Shown here piece by piece: positions 12,698-24,778 of a stretch of 64,000 nt of DNA. Position 1 is the first letter of the stretch, and each line of letters opens with the position of its first letter. Made by a program: the position numbers and the translations under genes. The DNA is taken from contig OZ260665.1 of assembly GCA_965285935.1 (NCBI GenBank), forward strand, positions 25,296,001 to 25,360,000. Direction: 5' to 3'. Below the pieces are notes generated by a model, which saw only the letters and a list, made by a program, of their open reading frames with translations, was not told where the DNA came from and ran no database searches. The DNA is from Ophelia neglecta. Lineage: Eukaryota.

Positions 12698-15510
12698 TTA
12701 CATATGAACATACTTCAATTTGTCGTTTTATTGCAAACCTTAACACGAATCTAGATAAATCAGTGCCATTTTGTATACACATAGCTCTCCCAAATCAAGG
12801 CTTGTACCTAGAACGGTAGATGTCATATGTTTTCCTATTGGTAAAACAAGCATAAGATAACCTGCAGTCAAGAGTTTAACAAGCAGTTCTACTTCCTCGT
12901 TCTTATAAAATCCCTAGCTAAGTTTTCAACCAAGTGGTCACTTAGATAGTTTTATCATCTAAAACAAAAGCCAAGAAGCTTAATGCACCTACATTAATGT
13001 ATAGATCCAACTAAAACACTATCTGTATTTATAATCAGCAATATAAAATTATGTTATTCCTTATCAACTAATTCGTATATGGGTTGCCTGTTTCTAAGAT
13101 AAAAGGGAAAGAATATGGGTTTTAACGATCTAACAAATCATGTTCACATTTCCGTTTGCGTATATAAGTGTAGTGTTCCATTTTGCCGGAAATGTGCTAA
13201 ATTTTCTCAAGTATTGAATATTAAAATGAACTACTGATTATTACATTGACAATGTTTTGCCTTTAAGCCTGGAGCTTTTTTTGTTGGTGTTGGAGAAAAA
13301 TGAACGCATGGGCGGGTTCTGTCCGGATTTTATGATAAGACCCTTCGTAAGTGATATAAAATCATCTGACCAAGCTTATCGTATACTACTCAACCTTTTT
13401 TGATTCTCCCCTTTACTGTGGATCTCCCTCCGGAACCGATAAATAAAACTAATGATGAGACTTTTTTACTATATTTACTGTACATTTATTTCACTTTATA
13501 CAAGAAGGGGAAGTGGTTGTGGTGGTAAAATCATTGCATGTTTATTTTCATATGATTAACTATTTTAAGCTTATTTGACCCACAAATAACTCATTGGTAG
13601 CCATGGTAATCCCAGGAGATTTAAATCACTGGTAATTTCTCATTATACTTACAGTGTGACCATTGGTAAAACAATAATGAAAGGGTTAATGAAGACATTA
13701 TATATCTGTCTTATAGGGCGATAATCGCCCAACTATTCAGAAAAATTCAGAACAATTCAATTTAAAGACAAAACAAGTTGAATATGGCCTCCGTGATTCC
13801 AAAAAATCAGGAATGTGTAACTTTAAGACCAAGCTAAATTATTATTTAAGAATACTGCATCAAATCGGCTCGATAAGGCTTGCTAGAATTCATGTTGATG
13901 AGACTTAGCCCGGAATCCATGAGCTAAATATGCTGTCAAATTTCAGTATAGGTAGCGTCGCCCCCCTACAGGAGGCCAAGACTTTTGATACCAATTGAAA
14001 TTGGATGACCTGAACTCTTTTATTTAACCAACTTACCAAAATGCCTGCTTCCGAGGAAACCACAAATGGAACTGAAAAAAAACTATCCGTTCTCTGTGGA
14101 TCACAGGTCAAAAATCGAAATGATATTTGAAGGTCGTGTCCCAGTATTAATGTCGACTGATGCCGACAGATCCACCTGGACAAAAATGTTGTCGATGAGG
14201 ACGTATAGTACATCGACAAACTGTGGAATTTATTTCTTTTAGCCGCTACTTTAAATCAGAATGCGGTATACAGAAAAATCCCAGGTAGAAACAGACAGAT
14301 ATTCATTTAGAGCAGATTATTGACCATCTTGTTACAGGTTTTAACTGTTTTATAGAATCGACATAGGTCTGACATCTGAGTCCCGAACATCTACAGTATA
14401 ATGCCTTAAAAGTGCACAAGAGAGCCTTATATGAGAAATCCAATGCTAAACTACGATGTTCTCTCCAAAACATACATTCATTTGTTACATCGCCATTTGG
14501 TATATGCCTTTAATTACGATAAGATTTGAATGTAATTTGGTTATCAATTTGTTAAACTTTGTTTTGACTTTTGCATATCTATGGCCGGTAGCATATCTTT
14601 TATGGACTTTCTCATGCTATAAGAAAAGGAATTTCAGTGACATGAGCACCGTAATTTCAGTTACCTTTTAGGCAAAAAAAAAAAACCAAACATTTGTTTG
14701 TAATATATAATATAGGATGCATCTAGTAATACCCGCTGTACAAGTTGAATGTGTCAAAATTGTATAGAAATGACAAAATCGAAGTTTACACATTATTTAA
14801 TTTCTTTTACATTTGTTCAAGAACTGGCTGGTGATTTCACATTTTCAAAACCTATTCCAGTGATAAAAATGAACAAAATGGATTAAAATGGAATGTCAAT
14901 AAATATTTGTCATATGACCCGTAGGTAATTAAAGAGATATAAGATTATTTGACCAATCATGTTGGTTTGCCCTAAACACAGAGGTACCTAATCCGATGAC
15001 AACATTTTGTCCAACGTGTTTCGTCTGCTCATTTTTACCACAAGCCCTAGAAGTTTGCATAGTCCTTTAGACACAAATCATAACGCAAGTCATTAAAATT
15101 AATGTCTGATCTGAAAACATCCGCTTCACCGTAAAGTTATTTGTGTTTGCCCTTTCTGGTTCCGGGACTCTGGCCCTACCGTCCTCTCATACCAACATTC
15201 CCGAGCTCGCCGAGATTAGTTTAATGCTGACAACAGCCACAGAAAGTTTTCGGCTTGTTTTGCTGGAAGATGTCTCTGGTCGTGGTGAGTTAATCCACAC
15301 TGGGTGTTTATTTATTGGAAACACGGAGCAGTCATATAATGAGGTCGGATAGCTGACACAGATCGAGAACATGAAGGTGTGTCCGGTCGTATCCGTGTGT
15401 TGCATACAGTCAATTCACATCCTGATTATGTACCTGCTCATCCTTGACGAATGGCCAAGCCTCATTGTCAACAAAAACCAAAAGGCAATTTAGCCCTCGC
15501 ACTGTGCATA

Positions 15511-18500
15511 ATGTTGTCTGGTATGCTGTGTTTACTCTTCCTGTTGCCTCTTATTTACTCCCAGGACACATCCTACACGGGATTCACAACAGAAGGTAGG
15601 CTGACACATGTACATTTATATATGCTATATATGATCTGACAATAATATAGGATATATGTCTCTGACAAGGTTTAGGATGCGATCTTGCCGGATCTGATAG
15701 TGAGATTCTTTTGAGGCGCCCTCGTTGTTTGATAATAAGAACTGAACATTCAGTACGGTAACAACTTGATGACAGAACTAAAATGCAAATTTTACCTATT
15801 ATTATTTGTTTTAGTTATCAACATTTTTATAAAGAAAAATTTAATGGTCCATATTTGATAAAAACGTGCTTATTTCGAAATCAACATAAGCAATCTTCGT
15901 TATTACTGTCCCTGATTGAAATCTCAAGCCGTGTAAACTGCCCATGACATTTCAGCCGGCCTCGAGTTGATTACCAGTGGTGTACAATCCGAGGGGACCA
16001 GTGCAGGGATTGAGGCTGACACCGGGCAGACAGGTCAAGGCAGTCCTGACCCGCCGACCACGTCTGCAAACCCAAAATATGCCATTCTGGTAGGAATACG
16101 CGAAATTTACTTTTACCCTATAAATAACAAAGTTGATTTATAAAACAAATAGATTACACTTCTTGAAATAAAGTTGAAAAAAGAAAACAGCACCTGTTAG
16201 TTATCTGCTGAGATAATCTCCCGATTTGATAGTTTATTTTCTCTAATGAACAAATTTTTCGAAAATGCAGTTTTTTCAAAGCAGGGTGACTCTGGCGCGC
16301 GGGGACCTCCCGGGGATGTAGGGGCAATAGGGCCCATTGGAGCGACCGGTCCGACAGGAGTTGTGGGTCCCAGTGGTTTCCCGGGCGAACGTGGTGCACC
16401 AGGAGCCCCTGGCGTTAAGGGTGAGAGAGGGGACCGTGGACCATCACAGCCGGGACCACCAGGCCAGCAAGGCCCGGATGGAACCATGGGGTTTTTCGGC
16501 TTCCCTGGCATGGTAGGCCCCCCCGGGCTGCCGGGGGAAGAGGGCAATCCGGGACATACTGGGCTGGCAGGAAAACGAGGCCCGCCAGGCCCGTCAGGCC
16601 TTCTAGGTTCCCTAGGACCGCGTGGCAGTCCGGGGGAGCCCGGTGACGAGGGGACAACAGGCGGGACAGGGCCCGTAGGTCCACCAGGATACATAATAGG
16701 TAAAGGTCCCCGAGTAAGGTATGCCGAGCTAAAAGTGGTTATATGCACTTCATAAGAACTTAACTTTTTCCTAGTTTGGTATTTTATATAATTTAAGGTC
16801 TTTTTCCGTGTCACCCTCTTTCAACTGTTATTAAGTAAGTTAACTCTCCACCGCACCATTGGGATCATTCATAAACACATTCAAAACAATGACTGAAATC
16901 CGTTATTTAGTGCTCTGTTTTTCGTTGATTTAGACGAATGTAGGCTGGGTATTTCAATGTGTGAACACAAATGTGTAAACAGACCGTCAGGGTACCAGTG
17001 TACCTGCCGGACGGGGTACCAGCTGGACAAAAACCAACGGAACTGCTCAGGTAAAATCGAGGCATCTGAAAAAAAGGTCATGAACAAAACGTTATATAAA
17101 TAGCCACACTCCTACAAGAAATAGAACATTTGGACCGCACAGTTGCATTGAAAGCTAATAGAAAGTTTTATCTTCCCAATATTGTTTGGCAGTTTATAGC
17201 ATTTATTCTAATTTGTCTCGAATGTGTGTGAAATTCATTCTCAATTTTTTCTCAAGTTGTTTCCTTTCTTTAGCGCCATGCTCATTGTCGTTCTAGATAC
17301 AAACGAATGTTTGGAGAATAACGGAGGCTGTGAACGTTGGTGTGTGAACACAGTGGGCTCCCATGTTTGTGGATGTCCCAGCGGCTTTACTCTCAGCAAG
17401 GATGCTCACACATGTATAGGTAATATTATCCCCTGTATAGCTTCGTGAGCGAATAACATAACCTTTATCAGCAAACATATTTAGAGGCAAGGCACAGTTA
17501 CTATAAGGTAAAACGAACGCTTTGTCCATATTTTTGAATAGTTTTATTCCAAACATACTGCTCATGTTTTTCTGAATCACAAAACAATCAGTATGAGACC
17601 AGAATTTTATGCGACCTTTTATATGAGAAAATACCCGTGGAATATATAAATATGGTATTTAAAAGAAATCAAAGAAAATCAACACGCATCATATACTGTG
17701 TTTAAAGCTAGTAGTGTGTCTTTCAGTCTGCAAAGAGGGGAATGGTTTCGTTTTTTCTTAAAAATATTGGGCCTCTTTCATGTGTGCTATAGCTTAAGAG
17801 CGCTGGGGGGGGGGGGGGGGGGGAGAGGGGGCATGCCTTCCCCTTGCAAGATAATCAAAAGAATTTTAATCGACCTTATTCAGCTATTTGAACAGCGCTG
17901 GAATCGTGAATACAAATGCTAACATAGTGATTTTATACAATTTTAAAGAGTGTGAAACCTACCCTGGTCACCGTACAACCAAACCATACAGTTTGTGTTA
18001 AAATATAGGGTGCTTGACCTGTTTAATTTTGTATTATTATTTTTTTTTGCTTTTTACTATTAATCTTCTCTGCCCTATAATCATGATTACACTTCATTGT
18101 ACTTTTCTATTGGTGTGTTTCTTTTAGTCAAACGTAATCTTGTATCCAATGTCTAATGTATTTCATCGGTTTATGAGCGTTCATTGCATTTCTGAATGTA
18201 TACGTCACATTTGAACATTATTATATTGATACTGTGTTCCTTATAAGTTGAATAAATAATTTATAATAATAATAATAATAATAGTTGAGAAAAGTGAATT
18301 GCACGTCTTGAACTTCCCTTCAGTATTTTTATCTCCTGCATCACTTAATTTTAAATGGTTGCGTGAATTCTAATGTGCTGGCCAGCATTCACATTCAGCT
18401 TGCGCATGCAGTATAAAATTCTTATGACTGCTGATTGACTGATTGTGTTGTTTGTATATTATGTGCTCCTGTTGCAGACGTCGACGAGTGCTGTACTAAC

Positions 18501-20179
18501 AGACTGCTCGCCAGGTGTCGTCTGATGGAGATATGTGTCAACACCCACGGCAGCTTCTATTGCCTGGATAGTCGTCTGGTGTACAAACCGCAGGGAGGCC
18601 GCAACACTAATTTCTCATATGGTGATTTCAATGTTGTATTAAACTACCTCTTCTGGATAGCACTTCCTCCAAACAATTCGTATATATTTATCATTAATCA
18701 CATTGTTTTTATGCCATCCTCGAATGCATTTTTTTTAACAATAAGATGAGGGAGATATTTCAATCCAGTTAGGTACGTCTGAAGTCAGGGTCCGGTTTCT
18801 AGAAGCGGTATTAAGATTAGGTATTAGATTAGCTTATAACCGATTAGCTGAAACCACATTAATCGGCGTTTCCATTTGAGTAGGAGTAAGTTTAAAACTA
18901 AAATGGCAAGGTTCAATACCAAACCAAACATCCAGAAACCCGATTAACAAGTTAACACCGATTAAGCATTTTTATCCTGCTTTTAATCCAAGTTAAGAGT
19001 TAATACCGCATCCAAGAACCGGACTTTGATGATCAAAATAGTTTGCCTATATGATGTATTTACAGTGGGCATGATGGAGCCAGTGTTGATGGCTGAGGAC
19101 GAAAGGCGTCTGACTGACATACTACTAACGCAAGAAGTTTTCATAGGCCTGCTGGCATGGGCGTCTGTGCTGACGCTAGTGTTTTTAGTCATTATACTAC
19201 TGGGCGTTTTGACCGACGACGACGTGGTAGAAAAAGAGGAATACGAGACTCAGCCGAGGTCAGCAAGTTCACATTACATTCTTGTCGCTGAAGTTAAACA
19301 GTATAGTTTGTTTCGCTATCAAATAATTGACAGTGAGACCAATGATCGAACTATGAAACAGGGGAACGGGTGGGGGGTGGCCACAGAAGTTACATACAAA
19401 CGTCTAGTTGCCTCTTTTTGCGGCGCCTGGTCGGGGTAGGTGGTGCCCCCCCCCCTGGACCCCCCCCTTTATTTCCGCATATACAGGCATTTTCCTTGTT
19501 ATATTCTATCATCCCTAGATATTTTGGTGTGTGTGTGTGGGGGGGGGGGGGGGGGACTCTTACTGCTTAGAAATTGTAAATAGTATTAGTTTGCAGTATA
19601 AATTTGGAGATTTATGATACATATCACGGTTGATCACAAACCAGACAATGACAATCAACCAGAGGAAACATTATGTGATTTATAGAAGTCTTGTTTGCAC
19701 TGTTCTTCGATTCCACATTTGCCGTCATTTTGGTACCATTTTCCATTTTTCTATAAGTTAGTTATTATAGGGTATACGTACTGCAGATATAGTATACACG
19801 GGAGATATTTGCCTGATTGCCTGATTTGCGGATCGCCATCGAAACGGTTTTTGTGTGTTTATTATTTTTTATAATTCTTTTTTTAACTATAGTCAAAGCA
19901 CTTGCGTTTTGTTTCAGGCACGAAGAGAACATGATAGTGGCGGCTTCGCCTCAGCGGTACATATTTCCCCGTATACACCTAGGTTCCTCCCGAAATAACC
20001 TATCGCCCGTAGTCCCACACGTCGGCCTTCGACCATCTCAGTCGTTCCTTAGAAGGGCAGACGAAATGCAAATGAGCTTGACTGCAAACGAGGCTGACAC
20101 TGCTCGCACGCCCCAATGTGGCCCTGAAACTCACCGAGCAGACGTTATACCACGTGTCGAAATGAGCTCACATATGTGA
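15511..20179 (+). CDS. Type I transmembrane collagen + calcium-binding EGF protein, about 490 aa, 8 exons
   Basis: Exons 15511-15595 (signal peptide), 15956-16089 (G/S/T/P linker), 16285-16699 (45 Gly-X-Y triplets), 16934-17050, 17297-17419 and 18478-18621 (EGF exons, phase 1-1; DEC, DTNEC, DVDEC...CVNTxGSxxC), 19066-19258 (TM: [25 protein letters not shown]), 19918-20179 (tail). GT-AG sites join in phase (1473 nt). The exon 3 and exon 6 donors are less certain. Confidence 0.85.
18263..18283. repeat. (AAT)n microsatellite in intron 5
   Basis: ATAAATAATAATAATAATAATA run. Confidence 0.7.
18786..19028. mobile_element. About 240-bp MITE (Harbinger-like) in intron 6 of the collagen-EGF gene
   Basis: Imperfect TIRs GTCCGGTTTCTAGAAGCGGTATTAA / TTAATACCGCATCCAAGAACCGGAC. 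Confidence 0.65.
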
Positions 20180-20299
20180 TTGTAGTACTAAAACTCAACG
20201 TGATCCTGAACAGTCTTTTCAAATATGTTATATCCTGTTTCATCCCTGTTTTGTATGTAAATTTATTTATTTCTGTGAGAATTGAGTATATCTGAGAAA

Positions 20300-20305
20300 A
20301 ATAAA
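20300..20305 (+). promoter_or_regulatory. Candidate polyadenylation signal of the collagen-EGF-TM gene
   Basis: AATAAA about 120 nt after the stop codon, followed by a T/G-rich stretch. Confidence 0.5.
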
Positions 20306-20769
20306 GCCAGTAATGAAGCGACTACTGACTTTGCATTGCTTTCAAACTATTACTAATATTGACCAGATGGGGTGCTGGGGGTTCGAACACGCCTTTATTT
20401 AATAAGTCCCAACCTTACACCCTCAAATTACACAGGATCTACTTGCAGAAGGGAAAGTGGGGCTCAAACCCCCTACCCCGGTCTAGATCTCAAGACATCC
20501 ACTAATTCACCTGTTTGTTATTGTGGCCGGAATGTGATTAATATAAAACTTTGTCGCAAGCAAGTAAATTGTTTCTAGAACGGTATAAAGCAAAATACAG
20601 TTTTAACGTAGCTGACATGTATTGTTTATATTTTATGTACATTTTAATGCGCTTATTCCATTAAAACAAATGCTCATAAGCGCATGAAAGTAAAAACAAT
20701 AAAATTATGCTGAAATTATATATAGGCAATAGTAAACTGGAGCGTTTTTTTCTTTAAAACATTCATCGA

Positions 20770-21780
20770 TTAGTATTCCGCAGATCAAGGGAAGGGAGTT
20801 CACGTAGAAAGGGCGTGGAAAATCTTGAACCATGTCCTAGGATTTTTCTCACATTCATCAATTTTTTGAGAAAGAAAAAGTTTGTTTTTACTCCACTGGT
20901 CATTACGCTAGTTATTTTGTCTACGTACATTTCAAGATCAGGTGCAAGTCCTGTATGGTGCATCCTTCTTTCCAGTTGTCTCGTCTGCCAAATAGCGCTG
21001 GCAATCTCTTCTGTGTACCAGGGAACGGAAGGATGCAGTGTTACTGTTTTGGTTTCAGAGGGGCATGAGCCCCAAGGGTGGATGAAAAACTTTCAAAATA
21101 CGAGTCAGCTACTATATCTGAAGACTCGTTTAAGGGGGGACTAATCTCTGACTTTTTCACGATCAATTGTTTTTATTTTCGTGTAAGAAATCAGTTTCCT
21201 AGTCCTACCAGCCCTACCAACATTCAGTCGAAAATGGATGGCCATATGGTCCGGTGTGAGGGCATCGATAATCCTGGTCTCAACAACCAATGGGTCTTTT
21301 GAACGCGTAAACGCCAAGTCCAGTTTATTCCTTTCCGGTTGTTGTGTATAGGCTTCCTAACATGTTGATCATAGTTGTATGACTGTATGATTTAATTGCA
21401 TTGGTCAGCTTGCTTGTCGCAACAGTTAATGAACTGAAACTTAAAATCTCCCAAGATAAGAATGTTCTCATTGGTAAGGGGGACACTGTCGAGAAAGTCA
21501 GGAAACTCCTGAAAGAAAGCGCTGACCGTAAATCCGCTCTTTGTCGATGGAGGCGGGCGATATACAGTGTAAGTTCTAATTGATTTCTTGCTACATTGAA
21601 TCACTGAGTGAATATATTCAAACGTTCTGTACCGTGGGGAGTCAATTATAGAGATTTCCATATTCTGCTTGGAGATAATTCCAACTCCGCCATAGCCACC
21701 ATCCATAGAAACATTGTTAGACTCATAACCAGGAGGGCATATCGAGGCAATGACAATGTCACCCTCACCTGTTGACGCAG
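20770..21780 (-). mobile_element. Decayed L2/CR1-group LINE fragment (APE endonuclease and linker)
   Basis: Minus-strand translations: GGYGGVGII...VYRPPPS...FFQEF...ILILGDF, PDHMAIHF, and PWYTEEIASAIWQTRQLERR. Multiple stops and frameshifts. Confidence 0.8.
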
Positions 21781-23110
21781 CCAGGTTTTGGTAATGTACA
21801 TAACATCCACATCATTGTCATTTACAAAGCCATCGATTTTTACTGTCTTATTCCTGGTGGATCTTTAATTAACAAGACACACACGAGGAAGGGGGGAGGG
21901 GGAAGGGGGCAGGCATTTCATTTACCTTTGAGTGCAAATTTCGGCAAATGTATTGGAGTTTTTGTGCAACAGCAATCTTTGTGCATAAGATACAATTAAT
22001 AAAATAGGCGGTTGATTTCTTACAATGCGGTAACAGTTTAGAGGAGAATGGCAAACGGTTTATATGTTCAGAATTAAACATTTATATGCTCAAAATCAAA
22101 CATTATATTTTACCGAAGTGAGAAACGAACTTTACTTGTTTTTGGACCGCAGATTACTAGTCACCATGTGATTACGCCACAATTGACTCGTATATACCCA
22201 CAAAGTGTTCCCCAGATTACCCTAGAGGAGGGAAGCTTATCCGTGCCTTTTTGTATAGGCCTAGACCGGGCCTGTTTCATATGGATCATTATATGGTGTT
22301 AGCAGGATCCCAAGTCACAATACAATGCCGTGGTCAAATATGGTTTACGACCCTTGATTATGGCTTGTTGTTCGATATTTTGAAAGCTTATAATGGTATA
22401 TATTCTTGCTTATGTATATAAGGTTTTAAATTATTGAATCATAACCCTGTTATTATAAAACGAATTTCCTTATATTTAGGAATACTTAGAAATAAGACTT
22501 CGTAACATTATAAAGTGTAATGATTATATAACCTATCAGTAATCTAATTAGCGGTGTCTTTTGTTTCGGCAGGGATTAATTCCCCGCCCTGTCATATCAT
22601 TCTTCGCATATTTACTTGGACTAAATGTCAAAGTGAGCCACGAGACCCGAGTACTTGTCCGTGACCTTCATATATGTTACAGCTTGTGATATCCTGAGAC
22701 TCATAGCCCGAGATCCGACTCTCAGCGCAAGAGATACCACTAGAATATTAATCATATCAGTGAAGGCAATATGTAGTCTCAAATGCATGGAGGCTGTACG
22801 CGGAAATCATAAACCGGATAATAAAGCTAGAATAAGCATAAAACTAGCGAATGAAGATTCCGTACATGTATATATAGGCTTATAAGGGGGGGGGGGGGGA
22901 CCCATAAAAGGGTATCCCCTAATAACGAGGCCATGTATTATACAGTAGACTACATGATGATTATGTTAACTGATAAAAGATAGTCAGGTGATTAGAGTTA
23001 CCAGTGTGTGTGCTCCTTACTTTTACAATAAATATACTAGTGTACCTGAGAATTGAGTTTGATGATGTCCGCATAGACCTATATTATGGTTATAAAGGCA
23101 TATCAAAACC

Positions 23111-23945
23111 TAAGGAGTGTTCATTATTAATCGGCGGGGCGGGGGGGGGGGGGGGACACCGAACAATATTAAGAACATCAACCGTTAAAAATTTTAATGT
23201 CCTATGACGGTCCCCAAGTTTCAGTAGAAAAAATTGTGACCCTCCCCCTGTTTAACATGCGAATTAGATATTCGCGTGTTTCAATATCAATATCATAAGT
23301 CGACTGTTTGCAAAAAACGCGAATTTAAACCCATTGGAACTCATTTTACCATTATAGTATACATGTATCTCGAAAGCCATATTAACACATTAAATAATGA
23401 GAGTAGACCGAATTCAAAATACCCGGAAGCAAATTTGGTCATAAAGTAGTATACATGTATGTAGAATTTCACTCTTTCATCTGAAGCAAAATACTGTAAT
23501 TGCAAAAAATGTTTTAAATTAGTAAATTTACGTAATCCCTCCTAATCGGCCTGGAATGAATTAATGAACTCAATAAAATCGCATAAAAAATAATAGGGGA
23601 AATACTGTTACCGGGACTGATGCTCCCGTCAGTTGAAATTCACGCCTTTTCAAAAAAATGACACTCCGCATTTTTCAATTTCGTGGCTAGAGATACGTAG
23701 GCTAGATGTATGTAAATGCAAAGCGTAAAATTCGCCAGTTCGCGAGATTCGTGAATTTAAACGGGGGGGGGGGGGGGGGGAGGATGATTTTTGACCACTT
23801 ACTGTATATAAAATATTTTCCGACCATCCCCTACGATGAGTGGACAAAAAGGGGACCCTCCCTTTTTCCATGAGACAAATAAACATGACCTCCCTCCCTG
23901 GCTCGCCGGCCCTCCCCTGGTGGTAAAAAAATGAATATTCCCTTA
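23111..23945. mobile_element. Degenerate non-autonomous DNA transposon (Harbinger-like ends), probably with nested material
   Basis: TAAGGAGTGTTCATTATT followed by a G-run at the left end; a C-rich tract then AAAATGAATATTCCCTTA at the right end. Confidence 0.5.
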
Positions 23946-24600
23946 TTTATGATTTCAAATCAACTGAATGAATCGGAATTAGTGAATTATACCTGTCACT
24001 GACTTCTCCTGGACAATGTATTGTTTGGGTTTTACTGTAATATTCTTGAATCTACCTCAGTCCTTATACGACTTTTGATATTGTTGATTTTCTAAGGTGT
24101 ATTGTATGACTTGCATGGTTCTGTACTGGCTACTTCATAACTTAATTCTAATTAAACGCAAGGGAAAGGAAGTTAGTTAGCAAGACCCAAATAATATATT
24201 TTCCAGAAAGAGGTTGGTATAGGGTAGGCCTAATGACGTCACTACCTTCGATCAATTAAAGTTGATTTGAAAATTGATAACAAGTAAGACTAGTAGGTCT
24301 ACACTCATGGTTGGTGTCAGATAATTGACCTTGTTGTGCGTGTATACTTAATGTTAGTATTGTGCACCAAGTGGTTTGTAACAATATTGCTCAATTAATA
24401 TTTTATCTGGGTTTGGGGTAATGGAGCGAAACTCAAACAATATGGTTCTAACACTCCATAATAACCAACTATAGACAAGTACAAGCTTTATTAAGTAACA
24501 AATCAAAAAGTAAGTCAGTTTTTTTATGTTTGTTTATATATCAACGTCGTTGACCATTTTAAGGTGTTTTCCAGTTTCCCGGACAGGAAACTATTTAATA

Positions 24601-24778
24601 CAGTGAAACCTGTGAATTAAGACCAGCCAATGGACTGGATATTACTGGTCTAATAATAGAGGTGGTCGGTTTAGGCAGGTAATTCTACATTGATAGTGAC
24701 CAGTATGGTATTCATTTTAGTGATCTGATTTGACTGGTGGTCTTCATATAGGGAATGTCTTTACGGCAAGTTTCAATG
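24601..24778. mobile_element. Tc1/mariner (pogo/Tigger-like) MITE, TA TSD
   Basis: TA|CAGTGAAACCTG...CAAGTTTCAATG|TA. Same family as 46030-46208, in opposite orientation. Confidence 0.8.

Noticed and set aside
16154-16814. Minus-strand Pro/Gly-rich ORFs (205, 89 and 81 aa)
   Set aside because: Antisense shadow of the GC-rich collagen exon.
15511-20179. Calling the gene CCBE1 or a fibrillar collagen
   Set aside because: The domain order is reversed relative to CCBE1, a TM helix is present and there is no COLFI domain. No symbol assigned.
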